A DNA stretch of 64,000 bases from Octopus vulgaris (lineage: Eukaryota). Below the pieces are notes generated by a model. That model was not told the DNA's origin. It did not search any database and saw only the letters and a list, made by a program, of their open reading frames with translations. Of this stretch, positions 13,641-26,129 are shown in pieces. The translations under genes were made by a program, and so were the position numbers. Position 1 is the first letter of the stretch; each line of letters opens with the position of its first letter. The DNA lies in NCBI GenBank assembly GCA_951406725.2, contig OX597818.1:110608001-110672000 (forward strand), given 5' to 3'.

Positions 13641-13790
13641 CAGTGGCGCTCAACCATTTTTTACCTAAGGACCTCTTCGATTCCTGTTTTATTTGAGCGA
13701 ACCCTCATAACCATTACATGTTTTTAAAAAACCTCTTATATTTATATAATTGAATAACATTTATAATTCAATATTATTGAGAATTGTATA
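13641..13790. mobile_element. hAT-type MITE end
   Basis: CAGTGGCGCTCAACCATTTTTTACC is the reverse complement of the right end of 20188-20433. Confidence 0.55.
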
Positions 13791-13796
13791 TTTTAA

Positions 13797-14006
13797 GTTG
13801 CTTTAGTCATTCGACTGCGGCCATGCTGTGGTACCGCTTTGAGAAACTTTCGTCGAATGAATCTACCCCAGTACATCTTTTTTAAGGCCTGGTATTTATT
13901 TTATTGGCATGTTTTGCCGAACTGCTAAGTTGCGGAGAAGTAAACGTATCAACACCGGTTGTCAAGTGATAGTGACGGAAATCACAGGCACACACTCACA
14001 CACACA

Positions 14007-14043
<37 letters not shown>

Positions 14044-14072
14044 ACACACACACAAACACTCACACACTCACA

Positions 14073-14117
<45 letters not shown>

Positions 14118-14118
14118 A
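13797..14118 (-). mobile_element. SINE family A 3' half plus (CA)n
   Basis: GTCATTCGACTGCGGCCATGCTG...TTTTGCCGAACTGCTAAGTTGCGG. Confidence 0.7.
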
Positions 14119-14704
14119 TATCGCTCGTTGGTGATGACCTGTACTTAATACGTATCTTTTCATTTTTATTTAATAATTGAACGCCACACAACCTTTGTCA
14201 ACACTAAGATTTTACATTCATATATAATTTCTGCAACTCTGTTCTCTACCTATTTTCTTTCCCTCTCTCTCTCTCTCTTTATCCCTCTATAATCCTCTGT
14301 TTCTTTTTCGCCCCTCCTTCTTTGCTGTCCCCCCCCCCGTCTGTCTTTCTTTCACTCCCTATCTTTCTTTCCTTCTTTCTTCTCCCTTTATTTCTTTCCG
14401 TCATTCTCTCTTTTGTCCCCTTTCCCCTCTGCCTGTTGCTCACATGTGACTACGGGACATTTTCTCGTCTCTCGCTCCTTTCTGGATGGAACGTCCAGAT
14501 AGCCGGACGAAATTTCTCTCACCTCTCGATATCTTTTTTCTCTCATAGTTATTCAATATACCTTCAAAATTTAACCCAGTTGATACCCATTACAATTCGT
14601 CTTGGCCTTGCGGCCCTAAACGTCTGTCTTCGTCGATTGTTTACTTCCGTACGTCCACTTTGGTATCATTTGTTCCTTCGAAACCCTAACTCTCCACAAA
14701 TATA

Positions 14705-14880
14705 AAGGAAATTGGAATAGAGTGCCCAGTGGAATTGTTACAAAAGGTTTGCCTCTTTGGTACGGTTAGAATAATCAGGAAAGTATTACATAGTTGAAAA
14801 GAATGGATAGCATGGTACCGTAGACGGCAAGTAGTAAGCCCGCTACGCATTCAAGACTCCAGAGGACCCAACAACAATAA
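14705..14880 (+). mobile_element. R4/Dong-like non-LTR retrotransposon 3' end
   Basis: Translates KEIGIECPVELLQKVCLFGTVRIIRKVLHS*; 3'UTR shares AGCCCGCTACGCAT with 17845-17999. Confidence 0.7.
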
Positions 14881-16230
14881 TGATGGCGATAAAAGCATAT
14901 GAGTTGTTACAAAAAGTAAAAGTTGATTTAAACTGATATAGAAACGGCAAAGAAGTCCTATAAGCAAACTATAAGCAAATTCCTTCCCTTTCTTTTTCCT
15001 TTCTCAAAGTTTTAAGACTTGAAAATACGTACGAAACTATTATTGATAACAGCAACTTGTCCGAAACGTCACAGCAATAGATTAAATACGTTTCGTTTAA
15101 TTAAAAAATATAAACAACCAGTTGTCGATTTTTTTTTTCGTTTTGGTACATAACTATGGTGAAAAGCATTTCAGCCAATACTATTTCGACTTTTTTCAGA
15201 TTTAATGTTTCTTGGACAATACTGTCTAATATGTTCTTTCTTGAAACGGCAAGGTGGGAGTTGGTAGAAAATTGGCTGCTATAACTTGTAAGTTGCGCGG
15301 CTAATTGATGCTCCCCCACAACTTGTATGAATACCAGTTTCGTACTTTAGATTCGAATCAATTAATTGAACACATCCATCCACAGAATGCTTTGTAGTTA
15401 ATTAAATAGGACGTTAATTGCCGACTTAATAAAGTATTCAACAGGCTGGTCTTGAATTTAAATCGGCTTCTGGCATTTTACAGTCTTTCATTTTTCATTA
15501 GCGCTCTTCAGTTAGCTGCCAGGAATAGCTATGGCAAAAAGATCAATAGCGCTGACCATCCACTGATGCATCCTCTCATCATGAGTACATACACAATTGA
15601 CTCAATCAAATCAGTGACTCGCTAAGAATAAATACTTATTTATTAACAACAAAGGACAATGTATTTGCAGAAACACAACATCAGACGGCTTAAATGTCTT
15701 AGTTTTCTTCTTCTACATTCTGTGATCAAAGCGCCCCCACACGATCGAATTTAATTTTCATCTCTCAAGTCGATATAATAAGTAAGTAGATTCAATCTTT
15801 GTAAATTTCTGGTCCTGAACCAATATCTGAGATCAATGGAGTTGGCTATTCTCCGCGGCCATTCTCCGCAGCAACGCCATTGCAATCGTGTACGCGAGGT
15901 GCGGCGGGACACGCCATTTGTTCTGGGGAGTACGACCAGTTATTCCCCGCCAACTTCTGCTGTTTAATTCCACAGCCACTTTTTTTTTTTACTTTTTCTT
16001 TGTTTCCTTGGTGAGCTAATTATGTTTTTTCATTCGATAATTTCATCTTTATTCCTTTTTCCTTTCTTTTCTTCTTATAAAATGTTGTTAATAAAAAATT
16101 GTGATTAGAATTGCGTATTAGAGACAAGGCTAACCACAATGAGCGCTGAAGTGTACAGTCGACTTGATGGTTCTAACGCCATGAAACAGCTGTTGAGAGT
16201 AGTTGTTGTAGTTGCTGGTGGTGGTGGTGG

Positions 16231-16457
16231 TTAACATTTCGCAGTCAAACGGGCCATATGAGGCCCAAAGATTCTACTGTTTTTATATTCACACCAGCCA
16301 GACCTGGCCTCTCACACCTACCGTACAATGTCATTCCAAAAATAAACAAGCACATCTTCAAAATCTCAGAGCTATCAGAAAACGCATGATTAATTCAAAA
16401 CAATGGGACTGAACAAATATTACATTCGATAGAGTAACGTGAATGTGAACGGGTTAA
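16231..16457. mobile_element. piggyBac-like MITE
   Basis: TTAA at 16231-16234 and 16454-16457, with degenerate TIRs (CATTTCGCAGTCA / TGAATGTGAACGGG); abuts a family D copy. Confidence 0.5.
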
Positions 16458-17127
16458 ACTCAGGTCAGCTCTGATCGAGTACACTCAAGATCCAGGCGCT
16501 TCAGCTGTGACCATCTCACCAATTATCTAAACAAAACAAAATGTCTCTAGTAGATTATACAGTATGTCCTTTTTAAAACATTATGTTCTAATTTAAGGGA
16601 TGTTTGTTTGTTATTTCTAACACGTGGGGTGAGCACGTGGAGACTCCTTGTTTGGTTCATTATGTTTTAAGTTAGAACATGCGACACGGTGCTGACGAAA
16701 TTTGCAAACTTTCCTAGACTGGCAAGATTAATGCGGTACAGGAAATTCATCCATCACAACTTGAGTTAAAAACGTTAATGGACATTTGGCTTATCTCAGC
16801 CTCAAATCTAATTAAAGAATGTTAATAACATACGGTAGACGTTCACTTGACCGAAGCATTAAAGCAATGGATTCGATGTATTTAAGTACTGAATGGATAG
16901 CATACATCGACAGGTAGAGTCAATATTCTTTTATTTCTTCATTTGTTTCAGTGGAACGTCCACGGCCATACTAGAGTACCACCTTGAAGTTTTTAGTTGA
17001 TCTTATCTATTTCAGTAATTATTTTAAAACCTGCTAATTATCTCATTGATCTCTAATTGTTAGGGGACAATAGCAGAAACCATCGTTTTATGAGCTGTGT
17101 CATCGAAAAACAGACGTCGAGACGGCA

Positions 17128-17299
17128 CACATATACATATATATATATACTTACACAAACACACATACATACATACACATATACATACATACACACACGT
17201 ATACATACATACATACATACACACACACACATACATACATACATACATACATACATACATACATACATACATACATACATACATACATACATACATACA

Positions 17300-17328
<29 letters not shown>
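17128..17328. repeat. (TACA)n microsatellite
   Basis: Direct inspection. Confidence 0.95.
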
Positions 17329-17330
<2 letters not shown>

Positions 17331-17844
17331 GCCTGCGCGTGTCTTCGTATCTGAGTTTGTTCCATCATCACCTGTTGGTAGGTTTACGTCCCCGTAACTT
17401 AGTAGTTTGTCAAAAGAGTCTAATGAAAAAAGTACCAGATTTTAAAAAAAAAAGTTAAGTATTGGGGTCGGGTCATTCTATTGAAATTCTTCAAGACGGT
17501 GCCCCAGTATGGCCGCAACCTAGTAACTGAAACAAATGAAACATACTACAAGACAATTCAGTTAATGTTAATGTATTTAATACAGTGAAAGTTTAATTGT
17601 TAATTAGTAAATATTGCGTGATGAACAATAAATAATATCAATGAGAGATATTTTAATTATTTTAATTATCTCGAGAATCAATTGGAATAATTAAACCAGA
17701 ACTAGTCATTAAGTAATATCGTTTTTTTTTCTTCTCCTTTGCAGTAGAATTAGCTCTAGTTATGATTATAATGCTTACGTCATTAAATATTTTAACTTCG
17801 ACCATTAAATTATCATCTGAATATTTAGAACCAGAAATTATTAC

Positions 17845-17999
17845 CATTATTATTATTATCTATTTATCACGGATTTTCTTGGAACTCTTGGAGTTTTGCA
17901 TGCGTAGCGGGCTCACTACCTACAGCCAACGGTACCCTGCTATTCGCTCTTTTCAGCTATCTAAGACTTTCCGGGTTATTCTGGCTGTGCCAAGGAAGC
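17845..17999 (-). mobile_element. R4/Dong-like 3' end between (AAT)n tracts
   Basis: Minus strand translates FLGTARITRKVLDS*, then a UTR ending in AAT repeats. Confidence 0.7.
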
Positions 18000-18001
18000 A
18001 A

Positions 18002-18062
<61 letters not shown>

Positions 18063-18194
18063 GTACCCTTATCAACGGGTAGTCATGATGGGTATACTGC
18101 GCTTCGTATATTTTACCCCAGTGTCACTTTGATGGCATGCACTGCTCTCTCACTCAATAACAATAATAATAATCATACAAAAAAAGAAACTGAA

Positions 18195-18575
18195 AATTAT
18201 TTAAGAATGATCCACGATCAAAAGAGGAACTGGAAATTATTTAGGGAAGATCCCTGGCTTACCATCCATGCAGGAAGTGCAAAAGGTTGTCTTAACTGCT
18301 ACATCACAGGTACTGAGAAGAGCATTGTCACTGTGAATTTTATTTCCCTTTTCCCCCCTTTATTTTTTTGTTTATTTTTTATGTTTTCCTTTTTCTCTCC
18401 ATCTTTCTTCCCCTTTCTCTCTTTCACATGGCTTTGTAAATAAACAATTTGGTGTGTTTATTTTAATGGCCTGCCAATGTATACAGTGCGTTTCTCTGCC
18501 CTAGGTGTCAGGAAGACACTCGGCAAGAAATGGAAACAGAATTGAAACAAGATGCTAATGAAAATAATAATAATG
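18195..18575 (+). mobile_element. R4/Dong-like 3' end
   Basis: KRGTGNYLGKIPGLPSMQEVQKVVLTATSQVLRRALSL*, UTR ends in (AAT)n. Confidence 0.65.
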
Positions 18576-19125
18576 CATTCGGAAGAAAGAAAAATTCGAT
18601 TAGGATTTAAGTTGCGTCAATATGATATCATTAAATAGATTTTATTATTCTAATTTATCTTAATATCAATAAAGTAATTTTAGTTTAGCAACAACCAGAA
18701 AGTGCTGCTTCAGCAGTGAAATGAGTGAGTGTGTGTATGGAAGTGAATGGTGTGTGTTATAGTGACATCCACAGCATGTTAATCCAGCAGCGAAACCTGA
18801 GTTCTCTCTCTCTCTCTCTCTCTCTCTAAGTATATTGGTCTTCTACACGGTGTAAATATCAAGTGAATGCATGCCAGTCTTACTTCTATTTCTGTTGTTC
18901 GAGTATAAACTTGCTTCTCGAGAGATATTTCTTCTCTTCTGGCTGTTATTCATAGAAACATGAACTCACGGCACAACGACGAAGCACAAACGTCTACAGA
19001 CGACAATGGTTTCCTGCGAAATTAGTTGCAGTTTTACCATTTCCTTCGTTCCATCTTTTATCGTCACTCTGTTTATTGATCTTCTTCGCTTACGTTTTCA
19101 CCCTCTCCTTCTAGTTTTTTTCATG

Positions 19126-19305
19126 ATATACACACACACACAGACACACATGCACACACACGCACATATGTACGTATGCGTGTGTGTATGTATGTATGTA
19201 TGTGTATATATAAGTGTGTATGTATGTATATATGTATGTGTGTATATATATGTGTGTGTGTATGTGTATGTATGTGTGTATACACACAGATAGATGTGTA
19301 TAAAC

Positions 19306-19366
<61 letters not shown>

Positions 19367-19391
19367 GGATGGATGGATGGATGGATGGATG

Positions 19392-19476
<85 letters not shown>

Positions 19477-19527
19477 GCAGACAGGCAGGCAGGCAGGCAG
19501 ACAGGCAGGTGGGAAGACAGACAGATA
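19126..19527. repeat. (CA)n/(TG)n, (ATAG)n/(ATGG)n, (GGCA)n microsatellites
   Basis: Direct inspection. Confidence 0.9.
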
Positions 19528-20187
19528 GCATCACTTCACACTTTTCACCTATCTCAGTGTTCGCTGAAATACTTAAACAGTTCACCGTTGAAGATAAGAT
19601 GTTAAACCTCTATCGGAATTATTTATTCTCAACATTAACAAATACGAAATAATAAAGAACGATGTGGAAAGAGAGTTGCTGGGGGCTTAGTGAAGTTCAA
19701 CACAGGAAGTGAGAGATTCTTTATCGATCATTTGCCCTGATTTTGTGATTGGCTATCACTCAAAATCGATCACTATTATCCATCAAGTGGACGCATATAC
19801 ATAATTTCTTTTTAAAGTCGAGTGACTAATCTACGCCAGAGTATTAATAGATGCATATATTATAAATGACGCCGGCCGCCTCTATCGTTATTCTATTCTA
19901 TTGAAGCTATTCATCATAGACCAGTAAAACATGGTTTTATGACAGACACACAACATTGTCGCTCGACCAACTGGAAATGAAATGCCATCCACATTTTCTT
20001 CGTATCGCACCTTTTCATCTTAATAAAGGGATGGCCATATTGGAAGATACTGTTGTTCTATGTGCAGTATGTCGGAATAAAAGACGGCTTAGTCACAGAT
20101 GAAATGTCTTTAGTCAAAAGACTGCTCGATTAGGGTTGACCTGATTCAGACAGCTGTAACTGCGAACCGACGAGAAATACTCTATCT

Positions 20188-20433
20188 CAGTAATTCTGAA
20201 CCGGGGTCCACGTAACCGTTGGGGACCCAAGTAAAATCTTGTTAAAATTGCTAATACATTGTTCATATTTCAACAGTGCACAAAATATTTAAACTTTTTT
20301 TATACAGTTCCTAATAATATCTAATTACAAAGGATTTATTAGGATTTTTTAGATATCGAATGGCTATGAGGGTCGACCTGATAAAAATAGGAATCAGAGG
20401 AGTCCTTTGGTAAAACATGGTTGAGACCCATTG
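20188..20433. mobile_element. hAT (Charlie-like) MITE
   Basis: TIRs CAGTAATTCTGAACC / GGTTGAGACCCATTG; 8-bp flanks CTCTATCT vs CTCCATAT (6/8) fit a decayed TSD. Confidence 0.65.
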
Positions 20434-21119
20434 CTCCATATAAAGAAGTAGCTGCCAAATCTCCCTCAACTTACACTCCACTGTATTAAATATATTCTAT
20501 TAAACGGAGAAAGTCGAGAATACTTGCCGGTGGAATGCTTTTCATCAGATGCCAGTTTAACCAGAACTGATACTTTAATAAACAACAGCAGCAATGACAT
20601 AATTCCTGGAAGTAAGTCTTGGAGGTTATTCAAACTTAGTTTTATAAATTAACGAATCTTTCAATGTAAAAGCAGTTCAGTTCATGTCATTGCCATGATA
20701 TGTGCGTATACACGTATGTTATTTAGTTTCAAATCTAGATTTGTTCTAAACGGAGAAAGAGATGATTTCTAATCTCGATCCAAAGCTTCTTCATTGGAAT
20801 TTCGACAACATCGACAGAATATTTATGTATGTTTATGTGTATGTGTGCAATGTTAGGAATTAGTGTATATGCAAATCAGTATGTTTTGTTTTATGTATGT
20901 ATTCTCACGCGTATAGTTGCATGGTTTAACAAATGCAAATGTACTTATATACTAAATTTTCGAAAAGATTTTCATATTTTGACATTTCCATTCATGGTTT
21001 GTATCCGTAATCGTTTGACATTTCTTCTATCGGGTTTTTCTAACCCTAATTTCTCAACCAAGGCGCTGAGGCAGTTTGTTAAATGTTCCGGTGCTCCAAT
21101 AATTACGGAAATAAATCTG

Positions 21120-21560
21120 AACTTGTAATCAGATCGGTTAGCGATAAAGTTTTCTACAGTTCAACATAGACGTGTTCTTTTCCCCTGAACTTCTGCTTTC
21201 TGTTGACATCGTCTGGATGACTTATTTCAACAACTGCACACAGTTTCTCTTCTCTGTCCCAAATCACAATGGTTAGTCTTTTTTATGTTCGCATTTCATT
21301 GAAATTATAACAGAGATATTTCGCCATTGCTCTTTCGCAGTGTGGGTTCTTACATCTTTCGTCTCAACATAATTCTTCTGACGGCTCTCATTGTTCAACG
21401 TGTTGGTCCCAGAATAATGTTTCTTCAGTAGATAATAGTGACATTTTTTAACAACTGCTAATGATGTAGGTGATATCTTTGGTGTTAACCTTGCAATGTC
21501 GGCATCGGTTATCACATTTCATTGATATATACGTATGTTCTCTTTTGCTTTTAATTATCT
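21120..21560 (-). pseudogene. RLE-clade non-LTR retrotransposon fragment (zinc knuckle plus restriction-like endonuclease)
   Basis: Frameshifted CDNRCRHCKVNTKDITYIISSC and IVIWDREEKLCAVVEISHPDDVN. Confidence 0.75.
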
Positions 21561-21639
21561 GAAATTTTCTCTGAGGAAGGAGCTGGTTTTTAACAAAAAT
21601 ACAAAACGCTGTCATAGGAATGTAGATAACTCAAACAAA

Positions 21640-22080
21640 TTCACATTTTAAACACGAGAAATGCCTTGCATATTTTTACTGCTCCACTTACAGATTGCAA
21701 TTGTAATGTGCGAGTTTCGTTTTCTGAAAACCCTAGCTTGTCTAGATTGTCACTTAGGCATTTGCTCACAAAATCAAGTGCAGCAGTTATTTTTTGTATA
21801 AATGTGAATTTATACTTTAGATATAGATGCTAGAGGTTTCGAAACAGTCGTCCGTAGTTGTCTTCTTTCTCTTTGCTTTTTCGAAGAGATATCCACATTA
21901 ACTGTGCCGCTGAATTCTTATGATGGTAGATACTTTTTCTTTCTTGTCCCAAACAACAATATCCGGTCTTTTTTTATTAAAATATTCCACCAATATTCCA
22001 TGTGCTGATATTTGTATATGCATTCAATAATAACATGGTGGCTGTTGACATCGTCTGGGTGACTAATTTCCACCTACGGA
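21640..22080 (-). pseudogene. Second RLE endonuclease C-terminal fragment (plus start of a third)
   Basis: EYWWNI..RPDIVVWDKKEK..EKEDNYGRLFRNL..LQLQSVSGAVKICKAFL; VEISHPDDVN again at about 22040-22075. Confidence 0.75.
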
Positions 22081-22559
22081 TAAGAGTTTAAGAATGTGTA
22101 GAGTAAGCCCACAGATAAACTGTAAAACTAGGAATGTAGTCTATAGCATAAAGTGTACAAACGGACGGTAAAGACACAGGACAACGACGTACATTCAAGA
22201 GACATCCCGTAGCATAGGTGAAAGAATAAGTGAACACTGACGGGAACTAAAAGAAGAGAAAAGCTAATCAGTGCTATACCAACATGCGAAACTAGAATAT
22301 GAGGACTCGGTAGATAGCATAGATGTTATAATTTTGTCGACATACAGAACAGACAGGATACTGAGACAGATTACGGAGGTTACATGCATAATACAAAATA
22401 GGCTGAGCCTCGACAAAAGACGTGAATAGAGTATCACCACCACTTCACTCCACCACATCCTGCAACCCGACAACTAGAGACAGAATAAGACAAATAAATA
22501 AATAAATAAAAGGCACCGGTACAAACTGTGTAATATACACGCACACAAGACACACATAC

Positions 22560-22880
22560 ACATACCAAATTCATAGACACACAGACAGATACAGACGTAA
22601 ACGCATGAGCAGATAGGAATACATACCATAGAAAGACAAAATGGAATAGACAGGACATGACCAGATAGATGAGAAGACACGAGGAACGGAAAGTCATTGA
22701 AGAGGTCACAGAACACGGGACGAAAGAACTCTGACAAGTAAAGTAATAATGATAATAAAGCTGAAGTGAAGATCAAATAAACAACGCGTGTGTTTATCGG
22801 CAAAAAATGACCCACCCAAATATAACAATATTTGTTTCAACTCATGATTTTACATCAAGAATTTCACAAAACAGATAAAC
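22560..22880. repeat. Diverged direct repeat, copy 1 (partner 23985-24277)
   Basis: Shared TGAAGAGGTCACAGA, GCGTGTGTTTATC, ACAATATTTGTTTCAAC and GATAAACG in the same order. Confidence 0.75.
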
Positions 22881-23574
22881 GTATATATATTAGATTCAGG
22901 AACAGCACGATTCTACTATACATAAAATTATTCTACATACCAGCAAAGTGCTTAAATCTGCTTACACATAGTGTTCGCTAAAAGTCTAAAGATATATTCT
23001 GTATTGAGATACAGCATACGTGAATGTGTGGGAGGTTGTGTGTGTAAATATATCTATGGTGAATAGATGACAAAATTCAACACATGGTACAAATGTTTCA
23101 ATTACTTGGCAATTTATTTGCACTTAATGTATCACATCATAATTATATATGGTAAATTGATCGATATTTGATTTGGTTTAAATTTTTCGTATTTCTATCA
23201 AAAAGTTTTTCTTTTCGTAATTAGAACTTTAGAACTTAACTTCAATAACTATATAAGCATTTAATATCTTTTTCTCCCTATTTTCAATGAGAGAGAGAGA
23301 GAGAGAGAGGGAGAGAGTGTGTGTGTGTGTGTGTCTGTGTGTGTGCGCGCGCGCGTGTATATAGAAAAAAACCAAAACATTAATTGACTGATCACTCAAT
23401 ATATTTAAGTAGGTTATCACATTTAATTTTTGCAAAGAAGCGGTTAACAGTGAATTCAAAGTTTCACCGGTCATTGACTTCGAGATATGCTTAGATAATG
23501 GCAAGAACCATTTACATATGATATAGAAAACGTAATTTTAGTTGAATCTTAAATTTCGACCTAGACTTCATTAT

Positions 23575-23810
23575 ATTGGTTTCAAATTTTCGTACAAGAC
23601 CAGCAATGCTGGAAAAGAGAGTAAGTCGATTACATAGACTTTTTTATTTTACATCGACGTAAACCAAGTGCTTAACTGGTACTTATTTTATAGACCCCCG
23701 ACAGGATGAAGGACAAAGACAAAGTCGATCTCGATAGAATTTGGACTTCAAGCGTAAATGGCGCTAAGCTTTTTGCCCTGATTGCTAACGACTCTGCCGG
23801 CTCGTCGCTT
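23575..23810 (-). mobile_element. SINE family B, diverged
   Basis: CTGGTACTTATTTTATAGACCCC core; GACTCTGCCGGCTCGTCGC head. Confidence 0.65.
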
Positions 23811-23945
23811 CATACTGAACAGTAATTAATCCTGCCGCCTGAAGGAAAACAGAAAGGAAATGGAAATGGTGCAGCGAACAAATGAAGCAATAACATAATT
23901 GTACTAGTTTTCAAGAACAGCGACACACACACTCACAGGCACACA

Positions 23946-23976
<31 letters not shown>

Positions 23977-23984
23977 CACACACA

Positions 23985-24277
23985 CATGAATACACACGCA
24001 AACACGGACGCAAACGCATGCGCACATAAGGATACACATCATAGAAGAGCAGAATGGTGTAAGTGGAGCAAGAGCACACACGAAAACGAAAAGTGTTGCT
24101 GAAGAGGTCACAGATGTGTGACGAAAGATTTCCGGACAATGGACACAAGTTAGAATAAGAACAGCAATAAACGACTGCGTGTGTTTATCTGGCAAAAAAC
24201 ATGACCATCTCGAAATACAATATTTGTTTCAACACACGATTTCACATCAGAAACCTTGCAACACAAATTGATAAACG
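23985..24277. repeat. Diverged direct repeat, copy 2
   Basis: See 22560-22880. Confidence 0.75.
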
Positions 24278-24670
24278 TTCTCGTTTTCCTTTGACTAAAA
24301 ATGCTGAACTGCCAACACAAAATGCTTATCGCTCAGGCACATTATCATGGACTCCAAGTATAATCTTTCCATATTCGTTAATTTCAATAGATTGGGATAA
24401 ATGAATATGGCAAACATTAAAAAAATCAGTTTGAACCTCAAAATATTCCAATCTCGAAGATGTATTTTCCATTAACTCAAAAGCATTTTGGCATCTCACA
24501 ACAATAAAACATTTCGATCTTTGAACTGTGTAACGAAATGTGTTTCTTGTTGATAAAATGAATGACAATAACAATAACTCTCCATTTCTATATTTAAGAG
24601 ATGAGGAATTATGTACATTATTAATATTATTTACAGTTGATGGCTATTTGTCCTCATCTTGTTTATTGTT

Positions 24671-24716
24671 AACACAACGTTTCAGCTGATATTCCCTCCA
24701 GCCTTCATCAGGTGTC
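24671..24716 (-). ncRNA. Minimal type-I hammerhead ribozyme
   Basis: gacac-CTGATGA-a-ggctg..cagct-GAAA-cg-TT-gtgtt. Confidence 0.8.
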
Positions 24717-24769
24717 TTGGTAGAAATTTCAATTCTGGGTTCTCATTCCTAAGGTATTTTTCAATGTTG

Positions 24770-24833
<64 letters not shown>

Positions 24834-24945
24834 GGTCACTGCCTGGAATCTAACTCAGAATCTTGGGATTAGTAGCCCGCGCTCTTAGCCACTACGCCAT
24901 ATGCTCGTGGTTAAGAGCGCGAGTTCGTTCGATTCCAGGCAGTGA

Positions 24946-25023
<78 letters not shown>

Positions 25024-25106
25024 CAACAACAACAACACCAATAACAACTACAACAACATCGAAAGATACCTTAGGAATGAAAGCCCAGATTCAAAATTTC
25101 CCCCAA

Positions 25107-25153
25107 GACACCTGATGAAGGCTGGAGGTTATTATCAGCCGAAACGTCGTGTT
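25107..25153 (+). ncRNA. Minimal type-I hammerhead ribozyme
   Basis: gacac-CTGATGA(25112-25118)-a-ggctg..cagcc-GAAA(25141-25144)-cg-TC-gtgtt; GUC cleavage triplet ends at 25148. Confidence 0.85.
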
Positions 25154-25849
25154 AACAACAAATAAGATGAGGACAAATATCCGTCGAATGTAAATAATGT
25201 ACTGTTGCGTATTTTTTAACAACCGTTATATATACAACCGAATTGGGTGCAGCAATAAACACGCCGACCGAGCAAGAAATATTTCGATTACTTAATGCTG
25301 AATGCTTTTTTTTTTTTCTTTGCTTTTAGTCTTAGTCTTTCTCTCACTCGCCTCTGCTATATCCAGGGGAAATCTTTCTATGCTTTCCGCCGTATAGAAT
25401 CACATTTACATTATCTTTCCTAACTGCAATAACAAACAGACGAGACATTGTGGCTCTACTTAAACACCCACATATTTTACAACTCAACTGAAAGAGCTTC
25501 ACGCGTTTATCCTCGTGCTTCATGCAACCTCCTTCATCCTTCGCATTTCAAACATTTGTTTCCCCGATGTTGTTTTCGTTCCTTAAACAGTCTAACATCA
25601 AAAGGTGTTTATATGTTTTGCATTTATTTATTCACTGTCAAATCAGACCAAACCTGCGTTCTTACAATATGGCTTTAAAGCGCGAAAGTGTCCACCAAAT
25701 AAACCTGCTTCTATCGTTTATTAACATTACTTAGAAGTGTAGATCTTGACTTTATTTTGTTCTCATGTATTTCCATTTCCCAGCTTCTTTATATGAGAAT
25801 CACAGGGTACAATTTGCTGGCTGATGGTTCTCATTCATGGAGTTTATTC

Positions 25850-26080
25850 ATTTCTTTACTACCCACAAGGGGGCTATACACAGAGGAGACAAACAAAGAC
25901 AGACAAGGGAATTAAGTCGATTACATCGACCCCAGTGCGTAAATGGTACATATTTAATCGACCCCGAAAGGATGAAAGGCAAAGTCGGCCTCGGTGGAAT
26001 TTGAACTCAGAACGTAGTGGCAGACGAAATACCACCAAGCATTTCGCCCGGCGTGCTAACGATTCTGCCAGCTCGCCGGC
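25850..26080 (-). mobile_element. SINE family B, full length, L1-like tail type
   Basis: Head GATTCTGCCAGCTCGCC, core, tail TTCTTTACTACCCACAAGGGGGCTATACACAGAGG. Confidence 0.85.
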
Positions 26081-26129
26081 TTTTCATGGCTGAGTTTATT
26101 ACGATGTATATCGCTGATGCTTCAGTTCA

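Larger units (their letters stand above)
24585..25202. mobile_element. Head-to-head inverted pair of tRNA-head/(AAT)n/hammerhead-tail elements
   Basis: 24613-24893 is the reverse complement of 24907-25202; heads carry A/B boxes and each arm carries a hammerhead. Confidence 0.85.

Noticed and set aside
15040-15075. Hammerhead-like GAAACGTC motif
   Set aside because: Core reads TTGATAA and helices I/II do not pair convincingly.
24833-24906. tRNA gene on the minus strand
   Set aside because: A/B boxes and an anticodon-like arm are present but the 3' acceptor strand is missing; treated as a SINE head.
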